DNA of 63,260 nucleotides, filler included, from an uncultured Methanosarcinales archaeon (GTDB lineage: Archaea > Nanobdellota > Nanobdellia > Woesearchaeales > JACPBV01), in assembly GCA_964492935.1 (NCBI GenBank). It is 4 parts of 4 records of this genome, joined end to end, with 100 filler letters (N's around TTAATTAATTAA, not from the genome) between each part and the next. Parts side by side here need not be neighbours in the genome. Positions count along the whole stretch, not along the records: positions 21,088 to 41,050 come from CAZBLF010000021.1; 3 more parts are not named here. The stretch is one strand, 5' to 3'. Under the pieces are notes generated by a model, which was given only the letters and a program-made list of their open reading frames with translations, was not told the origin of the DNA and did no database searches. A program made the position numbers and the translations under genes. Below, in pieces: positions 28,145 to 37,982 of the stretch (the stretch's first letter is position 1; each line of letters starts with the position of its first letter).

Positions 28145-30008
28145 CTTCTCCCATCTGCTCTCGTCTAGAAGCAAGTTCCCAAGTCCTATTACGTTGTAAC
28201 GGCTTCTCCTCAAGATACGAACTTACAGCAGTACTCACAATAATCAGCTTCTCCTCTTTCGACAATGTCTTCCGAGCAGAACGCGGAGCACGCAACCGTT
28301 TAAGGATACTATATTTATCCAGAAAGTGTGTCGTAACCTCTCCCTTCGCAAACGAACGATTACTCAACACAGCAAGGTGCAACGGAATCGTCGTTTCAAC
28401 ACCCTCGATAATATACTCAGATAATGCCCGCTGCATACGAGACAATGCCTCCTCGCGCGTTTTACCTTTACACATCAATTTAGCTATTAATGAATCATAA
28501 TGCGGACTCACCACATGTCCAGAATGACAGCTCGAACACACTCGAATACCAGGACCACCCGGCGGCAAATAATTAACAATAGTTCCCGTCTGCGGTGCAA
28601 AATCATCAAACGGAGACTCTGCATTAATTCTACACTCAATCGCCCAACCATCAAAAACAATATCCCTCTGCTTAAATGCCATCGTAGCACCCGCCGCAAT
28701 CTTAATCTGTTCCTTGATTAAATCAATACCTGTAATCATCTCCGTAATCCCATGCTCCACCTGGATACGAGTATTCATCTCCATGAAGTAAAATGCCCCA
28801 TCCTTATCAATAAGAAATTCAACCGTACCAGCACCCTCATATTTCACGGCCTTACAAATAGAAACAGCAGCCCGTCCAACTTTCTCGCGTAACACCTCAT
28901 CCACAGAGGGACTCGGAGTCTCCTCAATCAACTTCTGATGCTTACGCTGAATGCTACAATCTCTCTCGCCCAAATGCACAACATGGCCAGAGTGATCAGC
29001 AATAATCTGCACCTCAATATGTTTTGGATCCTCAACATATTTCTCTATGTACAATTCATTATTTCCAAATGATGCCTCAGCCTCGCCTCGCGCACTTGCA
29101 AACGCAGCCAAAAAGTCAGCCTCCTTACGAACAACACGCATACCCTTTCCGCCACCGCCAGAAACCGCCTTTACAATGACTGGAAACCCAATCGATTTCG
29201 CAGCAACAACACCAGCTGACGCATCCGTAAGCGCGGCAGTTCCTGCAACAACCGGAATACCTAATTTGATGCACTGCTTTCTCGCCTCATCCTTATTCCC
29301 CATCAATGCAATTGATTTTGAAGAAGGACCAATAAATTTAATCTTATTTTTTTCGCAGAGTCTTGCAAAATCCACACTTTCCGATAAAAATCCATATCCG
29401 GGGTGAATAGCATCCGCCTTAACGCGTTTAGCCAACGCCACAATCTTTTCATAGCGCAAATAGTCATCAGCATTATTGCCGATAAGATACGACTTATCCG
29501 CAAACTTAACTGCAAGCGCCTGAGCATCAGGTTTAGTATAAATGGCAACCGTTTCAATATCCAATTCACGACAGGCTCGAATGACTCGCAATGCTATTTC
29601 TCCACGGTTCGCAATCAACACTCTTTTGAACAATCTCTTTCGAGGAATTTGGGTATACTCCTTCGGATCAATAAAATTACCTAATCTATTCGTAATCATA
29701 TTCAGAAAGGACTTCTTAGACGTATCTCGAATCACAGCCTGCACCTGCTCTGCATCAGTATGGGGAAGTTTCGCAGCGACCTGCTCAGCAATAACATTAC
29801 TAAATCCATTCAAATCAGGAGTGTGCAACAAATCCCTATCCTTCTCCAACATGATCAATTGAGATTTAACCACCTGTTCAATCTCCTCGTACAAAGCAGG
29901 AATACTCTCTTTGGTCTTTTTTGCCATCCCTCGAGCAAGATCATAACCCATCTCTACCGGCTCCAACATCTTGTTCACGAGCTGAGCAATCTTCTTCTTC
30001 ATTCCCAT
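28137..30008 (-). CDS. accC: Biotin carboxylase with long N-terminal extension and epsilon-subunit-like C-terminal tail
   Basis: LIANRGEIA, HPGYGFLSE, GGGGKGMR, ERDCSIQR, EMNTRIQVEH, YDSLIAKL. Confidence 0.95.
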   Translation of the reverse strand: MGMKKKIAQLVNKMLEPVEMGYDLARGMAKKTKESIPALYEEIEQVVKSQLIMLEKDRDLLHTPDLNGFSNVIAEQVAAKLPHTDAEQVQAVIRDTSKKSFLNMITNRLGNFIDPKEYTQIPRKRLFKRVLIANRGEIALRVIRACRELDIETVAIYTKPDAQALAVKFADKSYLIGNNADDYLRYEKIVALAKRVKADAIHPGYGFLSESVDFARLCEKNKIKFIGPSSKSIALMGNKDEARKQCIKLGIPVVAGTAALTDASAGVVAAKSIGFPVIVKAVSGGGGKGMRVVRKEADFLAAFASARGEAEASFGNNELYIEKYVEDPKHIEVQIIADHSGHVVHLGERDCSIQRKHQKLIEETPSPSVDEVLREKVGRAAVSICKAVKYEGAGTVEFLIDKDGAFYFMEMNTRIQVEHGITEMITGIDLIKEQIKIAAGATMAFKQRDIVFDGWAIECRINAESPFDDFAPQTGTIVNYLPPGGPGIRVCSSCHSGHVVSPHYDSLIAKLMCKGKTREEALSRMQRALSEYIIEGVETTIPLHLAVLSNRSFAKGEVTTHFLDKYSILKRLRAPRSARKTLSKEEKLIIVSTAVSSYLEEKPLQRNRTWELASRREQMGEDV

Positions 30009-30131
30009 AATTCTAGTTAGTCATTCTACCTTTAAAAACCTTAGTATATGCTCCCGAGCACTCCAAACCAAAGATATTTAAAGCGTTTGCCGCTTCTTGA
30101 AGGGGTAAACAAACCGATTACGAGAACAAAA

Positions 30132-30620
30132 ATGAGCAAAATTGACGACTACAAAGACGCAAAAGGAGAAATCAGCAAAGAGGATATTGTAAAAATCATT
30201 CCCTATAATGATCACTTTCTCTTTATCGATAAAGTTACTACACTTGAAAAAGATCTCATCATAGCAGAAAAGAAATTGACTGGTGAGGAGGATTTCTTCA
30301 AAGGACATTTCGCAGAATTTCCCATCATGCCAGGAGCACTCATCATAGAAGGTATGGGCCAAGCCGGGACACTGCTCGTACGCTATAATCTTGACGATCA
30401 CGAAACAAAAGACGTTCTTGCCTATAAAATCAACGAAACCAAGTTCTCAGCTCCTACCTTCCCGCCCGCAACCCTCACGTTTGAATTGAGATTATTGGGA
30501 AAAGATGATAAGGGCGCATTACTCACCGGAACCGCAAAAGTAGACGGAAAACAAGTTGCAGAAACGCGCATCATGCTAGCCGTAGTCGATAAAAAAGAAT
30601 TCAGAAATAAATCACAATGA
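30132..30620 (+). CDS. fabZ: 3-hydroxyacyl dehydratase, FabZ/FabA hot-dog family
   Basis: IIP...FLFID and FFKGHF...PIMPG.LIIE..GQ with catalytic His/Glu. Confidence 0.9.
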   Translation: MSKIDDYKDAKGEISKEDIVKIIPYNDHFLFIDKVTTLEKDLIIAEKKLTGEEDFFKGHFAEFPIMPGALIIEGMGQAGTLLVRYNLDDHETKDVLAYKINETKFSAPTFPPATLTFELRLLGKDDKGALLTGTAKVDGKQVAETRIMLAVVDKKEFRNKSQ

Positions 30621-31753
30621 ACAAGCCGCGTTTCGTTAAGGGAGTAGGGATGACTCGCTTTAGCGCAGAGGATATTCCCACTCAAGAACTCACACAAGAG
30701 GTAATCGAAGAGGCCCTCAAGGATGCATCCATGTCTCCAGAAGAGATAGATGCAGTCGTAGTTTCCACAGTGGACACAAAAATAAACCCTGAGCGCCAAA
30801 GACTCTATCCCCCCATTGTAGCATCTCTTCTTCAGCGAAAAATCCCCATGATCCGAGTCCCCGCAGTATGTGGCGGAGGCGGAGCAGCATTCTGGACAGC
30901 ACTACGTCTACAATACAACAACATCCTGGTCCTTGCTGTAGACAGAATCCTCTCCTCAAGCACCTCAAGAATAACCCATGAGATTATGGGCGCTGCAGAA
31001 AACCTGTGGGAGCAAGAAGAAGGCCTAATTTTCCCAGCACAAAACGCAATCGTAGCACAACTCCACATGAACAAGTACAACACTCCTAAAGAAGCACTTC
31101 ATCGTATCGCTCTAAAAAATCACGAAAATGGATACCTTAATCCAAAAGCAAGATTCTATGGAAAAAAAATCACGATGGAGGATATAGAAAAGTCTCCCAT
31201 TGTCTCATCCCCTTTCAATCTCTATGATTGCTCAATCTCTGTCAACGGGGGTGCAGCAATAATTATCAGCCACGACAAAACCGACATCGAGGTGCGAGGA
31301 TCAGGTATGGCAACAGATAACATTGCCCCCTTTGAGCGAGAGGACATGACCACCTGGCAAGGTACCGTGTTAGCAGGCAAGCAAGCTTTTGAGCAAGCAA
31401 ACATCAAGCCAGAGGACATCAAAGTAGCCGAACTCCACGACGCATTTAGCATTGTAGAGCTTATAGCGTATGAAGATCTTGGATTTTGCAAGAAAGGAGA
31501 GGGATCAAAATTCATCCTAGAGGGACATTCCACCCTTTCAGGTAAACTACCTGTCAACCCGTCAGGTGGACTCAAAGCACGAGGACACCCCATCTCACCT
31601 ACGGGTGCAGCCCAGGTAGTAGAAATCGTCAATCAACTTCGCGGTAAATGCGATAAAAGACAGGTAAAGAACCCCACATGGGGATTAACACACAACATCG
31701 GAGGCGCAGGTGGAACAACCACAGTACATATCTTCCACAAAGCAGAAACATAA
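30617..31753 (+). CDS. Thiolase family protein (archaeal/SCP2-type)
   Basis: PAVCGGG catalytic Cys, ELHDAF, NPSGGLKARGHP, HNIGG. Confidence 0.92.
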   Translation: MNKPRFVKGVGMTRFSAEDIPTQELTQEVIEEALKDASMSPEEIDAVVVSTVDTKINPERQRLYPPIVASLLQRKIPMIRVPAVCGGGGAAFWTALRLQYNNILVLAVDRILSSSTSRITHEIMGAAENLWEQEEGLIFPAQNAIVAQLHMNKYNTPKEALHRIALKNHENGYLNPKARFYGKKITMEDIEKSPIVSSPFNLYDCSISVNGGAAIIISHDKTDIEVRGSGMATDNIAPFEREDMTTWQGTVLAGKQAFEQANIKPEDIKVAELHDAFSIVELIAYEDLGFCKKGEGSKFILEGHSTLSGKLPVNPSGGLKARGHPISPTGAAQVVEIVNQLRGKCDKRQVKNPTWGLTHNIGGAGGTTTVHIFHKAET

Positions 31754-32883
31754 TGGTAAGAATTATACGTTGGATTGGAGAAAAATCAGGAAAAAAGTGG
31801 ATTTATCCCGTAGAGGAAGATATCTACACCCACGAGAAAATTAAGAAGATAGTCAGCAATAAAGCAAAAGTAGTAGGATTCACAAAAGTCAGCATCCCCT
31901 CCCCGTTACATCCCATCATCCCCTATAATGTACTCATCTTAGAGGATGAGCACGGGCACAAAATGCCCAAGAAAGTCATGAAGGACTATAAAATAGGAGA
32001 TACCTACGAAGATGCATCCTCGGACAAAGACAATGCCTTCGCAATTGTAAAACTAAAATACGATTACGACGAGGCAGTAGATGAGGTGTTCGAATTAATA
32101 GGTGGAATCGACATAACTCCCAAACAAAAAATCCTCATTAAACCCAATCTCAGCGTTCCAGGAAACGCCTATCTCGGCACCTGCACCAATGACAAGACAA
32201 TAGATGCACTACTCACATACCTAATCAACAAAGGAGCAAAACCAGCCAATATCACGATAGCCGAACAATCGTTCTTCCTGCCCTTTGAAAAAACAATAGC
32301 AAAAACAGGAATTCTTGAAGTCGTAAAGAAACACAACGTCAAACTGGTAAATATCGCCGACACCAAGTTCGAAGAAAAGCAAGAGCGCGAGTTTACACTA
32401 AACATTTCAAGAATAGTCGATGAGCATGACGTACTCATTAACGTTCCCGTAATAAAAACAGACATGGTGCTCGGGATGGATGGATCTTTCGAGAATCTCA
32501 CTCGCTTTCTAAACAAGGAGTCCTATGAACAACTAGCGAAAGACCCCCAGAAAGCAGTTATGGCACTAGCAGTTCTTCCCAAGCTCCTCCCCTCATTCAT
32601 TACCCTTGGAGACGCCTCCATCGGGATGCAAGGAAATGGGCCTGCGCAGCACGGAGAACCGGGTTTCTACAATATGTTTTTTGCAGCTCGCAATCCAGTG
32701 GTACATGATCGTGTCGCATCCGAAATACTATGCCTTTCAAAATTACCCTATGCCGAACTCGCAGGAAAACTAGGAATAGGCGAATTTGACCTAACTAACA
32801 TTGACATACTAGGAAATGAGCTGGATGCAGTGAAGCGAGACGTTCTCAAACCAACCGGTTCAAGACTCTTCAAAAAGGACTAA
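31753..32883 (+). CDS. Fusion of a Cys-less DUF35 (OB-fold) domain and a DUF362 domain
   Basis: N-terminal G..YP...KVVGFT.V..P..H....Y...I.E..G; C-terminal ILIKPNL, IAE, LINVPVIKT, G.GP. Confidence 0.7.
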   Translation: MVRIIRWIGEKSGKKWIYPVEEDIYTHEKIKKIVSNKAKVVGFTKVSIPSPLHPIIPYNVLILEDEHGHKMPKKVMKDYKIGDTYEDASSDKDNAFAIVKLKYDYDEAVDEVFELIGGIDITPKQKILIKPNLSVPGNAYLGTCTNDKTIDALLTYLINKGAKPANITIAEQSFFLPFEKTIAKTGILEVVKKHNVKLVNIADTKFEEKQEREFTLNISRIVDEHDVLINVPVIKTDMVLGMDGSFENLTRFLNKESYEQLAKDPQKAVMALAVLPKLLPSFITLGDASIGMQGNGPAQHGEPGFYNMFFAARNPVVHDRVASEILCLSKLPYAELAGKLGIGEFDLTNIDILGNELDAVKRDVLKPTGSRLFKKD

Positions 32884-32884
32884 G

Positions 32885-34012
32885 ATGTACATAAAAGGAG
32901 TAGGTATGACAAAGTACGGCATTCTACGAGAGGCAACCCCCTTACTAGCCTACCAAGCATCACTCCAGGCATTGAAAGATGCAGACATGACTATGGGCGA
33001 CATCGATGCAATCGTCTGTTCCTCCATAGAATGGTTTTTTTCAGATGAACGACAACGCCATTTCTCTTCAGTTTTAAGTTCAGTATTCAATACCCGAGTA
33101 CCCATCATCAGAACCCCTACCGCATGTTCCTCCGGAGGAGCAGCCTTCTGGACAGCACAACAGCTAGGGTTCGATAATGTACTAGTAGTGGGATCAGACA
33201 AATTAATGACCTGTAAAACAGAGCGCGTCACCGACGAATTCATGATGGCTGCAGAATCAACGTACGAACAAAACGAGGGTCTCAATTTTCCTGCACAGAA
33301 CGCACTCGTCGCTCAAGAATATATGAAGAAATATCCTGATACGAACATGGATCACCTCGCAATGATAGCTCATAAAAATCACCAGAATGCTAAAGACAAT
33401 CCTCATGCCAGATTCTTCGGTAAGGAGGTAGATTTAGACACCATAAAAAAATCTCCGGTGGTAGCATCGCCACTCAGATTATTCGATTGCTCCATCTCAG
33501 CCGATGGCGCAGCGGCATGTGTTCTAACGAAAGACAAATCCGACATCAAGATCGCAGGATCAGATCTCTGTTCAGATTTTCTAGGAACCTTTGAGCGAGG
33601 CGATAACACCTCCTGGGACGCCTCCACCATTACTGCAAAGAACGTGTATGAGCAGGCAGGAATCACCGCAAAGGATATCGATATTGCCGAACTCCATGAT
33701 GCATTCACCATTGTAGAGCTCATCGCCTATGAAGATCTCGGATTCGCGAAACCGGGACAAGCCTACAAAATGATCGAGGACGGATATTTCACCAAAGAAG
33801 GAAAACTCCCCGTTAATCTTTCGGGAGGTCTCAAGGCAAAAGGTCACCCGGTAGCTGCAACCGGCCTTGGACAAATTTATGAACTCGTCCAGCAACTTAG
33901 AAACAAAGCAGGCGATCGCCAGGCAAAAAATCCTAAAATAGCATATGCACAGAATATTGGCGGAGCAGGCGCAAATATCACTGGCCACATTCTCAAAAAA
34001 GTTTCAACGTGA
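32885..34012 (+). CDS. Thiolase family protein (archaeal/SCP2-type), paralog 2
   Basis: PTACSSGG, ELHDAF, NLSGGLKAKGHP, QNIGG. Confidence 0.92.
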   Translation: MYIKGVGMTKYGILREATPLLAYQASLQALKDADMTMGDIDAIVCSSIEWFFSDERQRHFSSVLSSVFNTRVPIIRTPTACSSGGAAFWTAQQLGFDNVLVVGSDKLMTCKTERVTDEFMMAAESTYEQNEGLNFPAQNALVAQEYMKKYPDTNMDHLAMIAHKNHQNAKDNPHARFFGKEVDLDTIKKSPVVASPLRLFDCSISADGAAACVLTKDKSDIKIAGSDLCSDFLGTFERGDNTSWDASTITAKNVYEQAGITAKDIDIAELHDAFTIVELIAYEDLGFAKPGQAYKMIEDGYFTKEGKLPVNLSGGLKAKGHPVAATGLGQIYELVQQLRNKAGDRQAKNPKIAYAQNIGGAGANITGHILKKVST

Positions 34013-34020
34013 GGTATACC

Positions 34021-34752
34021 ATGAAAAAAACAGCACTCATTACAGGATCAACACGCGGCATCGGCAAGGCCATAGCAGAAAAACTTGCAGATGAGGGCAT
34101 GAACATAATTCTTCACGATTCAGGGCGCAACAAGGACGCAGCCAAACAACTAATAAAAGAAATTTCTGCTAAGAAAGTACAGTGTATCTACGTGCCAGCC
34201 GACATCACCAACCTCAAAGACTGCAAAGAAATGGTAGGGGAAATTCAAAAGACTTTCAGCCAAGTCGACGTACTGGTAAACAACGCAGGCATCACGCGCG
34301 ATAAAACACTAAAGAAAATGGAACCACAAGACTGGGAGGACGTCATCAACACCAATCTCAATTCCCTCTATTATGTTACAAATAACATATTATCGCTTAT
34401 ACCAGAACAAGGGAGAATCATCAATATCTCCTCCATCGTAGCCCAAACCGGAAACTTCGGGCAAACAAATTATGCAGCCGCAAAGGCAGGAATGATCGGC
34501 TTCACAAAATCACTAGCAAAAGAGCTCGGCAAGAGCAAAATAACCGTAAATGCAGTTGCTCCAGGCTTCATCAAAACCGAAATGACTGATCAGATACCAT
34601 TAGAATTACTTTCCAAGGTACTAGAACTCATCCCCCTAAGAGAGATGGGAAACCCTGAGGACGTTGCAGCCACCGTAGCATTCCTATCTTCTGAGCACGC
34701 ATCCTATATCACCGGATCCGTAGTCAATGTAGATGGGGGCCTAGGATTCTGA
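34021..34752 (+). CDS. fabG: 3-oxoacyl reductase (FabG/PhaB-like SDR)
   Basis: TGSTRGIG, NNAGITRD, GN.GQTNYAAAK, VAPGFI.T.MT, VDGG. Confidence 0.92.
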   Translation: MKKTALITGSTRGIGKAIAEKLADEGMNIILHDSGRNKDAAKQLIKEISAKKVQCIYVPADITNLKDCKEMVGEIQKTFSQVDVLVNNAGITRDKTLKKMEPQDWEDVINTNLNSLYYVTNNILSLIPEQGRIINISSIVAQTGNFGQTNYAAAKAGMIGFTKSLAKELGKSKITVNAVAPGFIKTEMTDQIPLELLSKVLELIPLREMGNPEDVAATVAFLSSEHASYITGSVVNVDGGLGF

Positions 34753-34843
34753 GATAACGTGAAGTAAATCCTTCTATCAGGCCTGAATATCATTAGCACG
34801 CTCTTCGAAAGATTTATAACCGTTTCTGGCACTTTATGCTATC

Positions 34844-35482
34844 ATGGTATATCCCATAGCAAGGCGCGTGTTACCCTTACTCTTTAAGCTCTGGCTGCGC
34901 GACGTAAAAGGCCTCAACAACCTCCCTGCCGGCCCGTTCATAGCATGCATGAATCATTCCAGTTTCATAGATGACCTACTCATACCACTCATAATTGTTC
35001 CAGAAGTAAATAGAAACATGTGCATGTACGTGAATAGAAAATTTTTCAACAATGCAATAGTAAGAACATTTCTCAACTGGGGAAATTCCATCCCTGTCGA
35101 AGTCTACAAAGCACCCGATAAGAAGCAGGTTAACGAAAAGGCATTCAACAATGCTCTAACCCACCTTAAAAAAGGAGAAATCATAGGAATCTATCCAGAG
35201 GGCCATCGAAGTAAGGATGGCAAACTCCAACGAGCGAGAAATGGTGCAGCAAAGCTAGCCCTAACTGCAAACGTACCTATTGTACCCATCGCCATCACCG
35301 GTTCACGAGAAGTTCTACCGAAAGGCGTTGCACTACCCAAACTCAAGAAGTGTATAACTGTGACCATTGGCGCCCCCCTCACTTTAAAAGAAGCATCCCT
35401 CAGCCAACAAGCACTCACCAACTCCACAAGAAAGATCATGAAATCGATTGCAGCCCTTCTCGGGCAGGAGTACAACTTCTAA
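34844..35482 (+). CDS. plsC: Lysophospholipid (1-acyl-G3P) acyltransferase
   Basis: NHSSFID (HX4D), IYPEGHRS, GAA.LA...VPIVP. Confidence 0.9.
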   Translation: MVYPIARRVLPLLFKLWLRDVKGLNNLPAGPFIACMNHSSFIDDLLIPLIIVPEVNRNMCMYVNRKFFNNAIVRTFLNWGNSIPVEVYKAPDKKQVNEKAFNNALTHLKKGEIIGIYPEGHRSKDGKLQRARNGAAKLALTANVPIVPIAITGSREVLPKGVALPKLKKCITVTIGAPLTLKEASLSQQALTNSTRKIMKSIAALLGQEYNF

Positions 35483-35652
35483 TGAGAAAAAGCAGGGCCA
35501 ATACAAGAGGCACCGTTGAAATATTGCCCAAAGTGAAGAAAATACCAAAGTTAAAAAAGGCAGACTTATTTAATAGGAATATCCAAGAACAATCACCTTG
35601 AGGCAGATATCACCAAGGAAAAATATCCATTCGATAGCGAGCTGATGAAGAA

Positions 35653-36633
35653 ATGAAAATAACCATTATGGGCGCAGGATCCTGGGGAACCACTCTAGCA
35701 CATATACTAGCACAACGCGGCCACACCATCTCTCTATGGGCACGCGAACAAAAGACAGCCGACGAAATTAACAACCATCACACCAACAACACCTATCTCA
35801 AAAAAGTAAAGCTAGAGTCTAAAATAATGGCGACACATCAGCTAGCAGATGCACTTAAAGCAGCCGAGCTCGCAATTATTGTAATACCGTCTCCCTATGT
35901 GCGCGACATCACCCAAAAGATGAGCAAGCACATACCAAATACACTCAAATTCATCATCTCGGCGTCCAAAGGACTCGAACCCAGCACCGGCAAGCGCATG
36001 TCCGAAGTCATCGAGGAGGAAATAAAAAACGTACCAGTAGCAGTACTTACCGGTCCCAACCATGCAGAGGAAGTCATCAATAATATTCCTACTGCAACCG
36101 TTCTCGCTTCAGAAAACAAAGCAGTTCGTGAAACCCTGCAAAAAGAGCTGAGTACTCCGCACTTCAAAGTCTATCCTATCGAGGACATCATCGGCGCAGA
36201 GTACTGTGGAGCCCTCAAAAATGTATGTGCGATAGCGGTAGGGGTGTCTAAAGGCCTCCATCTCGGAGATAATGCCACAGGCTCGATCATCACCCTAGGT
36301 CTCGCCGAAATGGCACGCGTAGGGGCCGCTTTCGGAGCAAAAAGAGAAACCTATTACGGGCTCGCAGGAGTAGGAGATCTCGTAGCCACCTGTACCTCAT
36401 CCCACTCAAGAAATCTCTATCTAGGAGAACAGCTTGCTAAGAAGAAAACCTTCGAAGAAATCACCAAGGAAATGAAAGGAATGGTCGCTGAAGGAGCAAA
36501 TACTGCGCGCGTCCTTAACAATCTCGCAAAAAAGCAAAACATCAACCTACCCCTTACAAAACAGGTCTATGAAGTAATCTACAAAGAAAAAGAGGTAGAG
36601 AAAGCAGTAAAAGATCTGCTTACCGTACTCTAG
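35653..36633 (+). CDS. gpsA: NAD(P)H-dependent glycerol-3-phosphate dehydrogenase
   Basis: GAGSWGT, SKGLE, GPNHA, GALKNV, GLAGVGDLVATCTS.HSRN, AEG. Confidence 0.97.
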   Translation: MKITIMGAGSWGTTLAHILAQRGHTISLWAREQKTADEINNHHTNNTYLKKVKLESKIMATHQLADALKAAELAIIVIPSPYVRDITQKMSKHIPNTLKFIISASKGLEPSTGKRMSEVIEEEIKNVPVAVLTGPNHAEEVINNIPTATVLASENKAVRETLQKELSTPHFKVYPIEDIIGAEYCGALKNVCAIAVGVSKGLHLGDNATGSIITLGLAEMARVGAAFGAKRETYYGLAGVGDLVATCTSSHSRNLYLGEQLAKKKTFEEITKEMKGMVAEGANTARVLNNLAKKQNINLPLTKQVYEVIYKEKEVEKAVKDLLTVL

Positions 36634-37236
36634 CTATTCGTCCGTAAAGTCTTCTGCAGTCGCCTTAAACTCAGCATCCGTTTTAATCTTGCCCGTCGCC
36701 TTCAAATACTCTCGAGCCATGATGAAGAATAACAATCCAAGACTTTTTCTTCCCTTGTTATTGCAAGGAATCACCAAATCAATATTATTCGACTGGTTGT
36801 TTGTATCACATAATGCAACCACCGGAACTCCAACCTGATTTGCATCAAGAATAGCGTTTCGGTCTGGCCAAGCATCAGTAACCATAACCACCTTAGATTC
36901 TCTATAAATTTCCAATGCGGGGTTTGTCAACATTCCCGGAGGATATCGACCAGCAACCACATTAATGCCAGTAGTTTCATTTAACTTGCGCAACGGCTTC
37001 CATCCATTTTCTCGTCTACTGATAATTAAGATATCGTCAGGAGCAAATTGCGATAAAAATTGAACAGCAACCTTAATCCGCTCGTCAATACGCTGTAAAT
37101 TAAGCACACTCAATCCATCAGGTCGCGTCTTGTAAATAAAACGCTCCATGTATCGAGTTTTAAATTTAGTTCCAATATGAATACCGGATTTTAAATACAT
37201 ATCACTAGGTACAAGTAATTCTTTTTCGTTCGCCAT
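36634..37236 (-). CDS. rps2: 30S ribosomal protein S2 (archaeal type)
   Basis: YL.SGIHIGT, R.DGL.VL, GRY.PG.LTNP, IPCNNKG. Confidence 0.96.
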   Translation of the reverse strand: MANEKELLVPSDMYLKSGIHIGTKFKTRYMERFIYKTRPDGLSVLNLQRIDERIKVAVQFLSQFAPDDILIISRRENGWKPLRKLNETTGINVVAGRYPPGMLTNPALEIYRESKVVMVTDAWPDRNAILDANQVGVPVVALCDTNNQSNNIDLVIPCNNKGRKSLGLLFFIMAREYLKATGKIKTDAEFKATAEDFTDE

Positions 37237-37397
37237 CGTAATTCCTCCATGTGCATTTTTATCGCCTCAGCACACTATGTTCCCGCGAAGCTTGCAAGAA
37301 CCTTTGGCATTACTCTATAGAAAGCGCACTTCGTTTATAAATATATGGCATTTTCAAATTTTTTAGATTTAAGGCAGGGCAACAACATGTTGGTCCG

Positions 37398-37889
37398 CTA
37401 TAGTTTTCTACGCATTTCCAAGCAGTAAGTTTCAAATCCCCACTTCAGGTATGCTTTGTAAGCGTTGGGATTCGCTGGAGATACATTAAGAGAAGCGTGT
37501 TTAATTCCCTTGGATGCAAACCATGAAAATATACGAGTTTTAAATCTGGAACCGATCCGCTGCCTACGATAGTTCTTCTTGACAAAAAGGTCGCTGACAT
37601 GACCAAGTTTAGCTAGCTTATATACAATAATATTTTTTTTGATATAAGATAAGCTATATCCGACCAATCTTCCATGTTCTTCAGCAACCAGGACTAATCC
37701 ATTTCTATCCCTAATAGTCTCTACAGCAAATTTTTTGAAAAGGCTAGGTCCATGAGAATTGAGTTCATCGTATCTAGAAAGTTTCATATCCGTTTTAGCA
37801 ATAATCTTGCGGGTATCAAGCATGAATTCTTTCCACAGCTCAACGATCTCAGGTACATCTACAATCTTTGCCGTCCTAATGGTGACCAT
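37398..37889 (-). CDS. GNAT family N-acetyltransferase
   Basis: LFV...YRRQRIG, LNV...N..A...Y..WGF. Confidence 0.88.
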   Translation of the reverse strand: MVTIRTAKIVDVPEIVELWKEFMLDTRKIIAKTDMKLSRYDELNSHGPSLFKKFAVETIRDRNGLVLVAEEHGRLVGYSLSYIKKNIIVYKLAKLGHVSDLFVKKNYRRQRIGSRFKTRIFSWFASKGIKHASLNVSPANPNAYKAYLKWGFETYCLEMRRKL

Positions 37890-37982
37890 ACTAACAATTA
37901 GAATTCCAACTTTATAAGCTTGCCGTCAATAATTAGGCTAGTCAACCATACTAAAATAAACATGTTCAAAACAGAATTGACC

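Noticed and set aside
35482..35652. Possible acyl carrier protein between plsC and gpsA or at 26855-27237
   Set aside because: The short ORFs lack the acidic DSL phosphopantetheine motif
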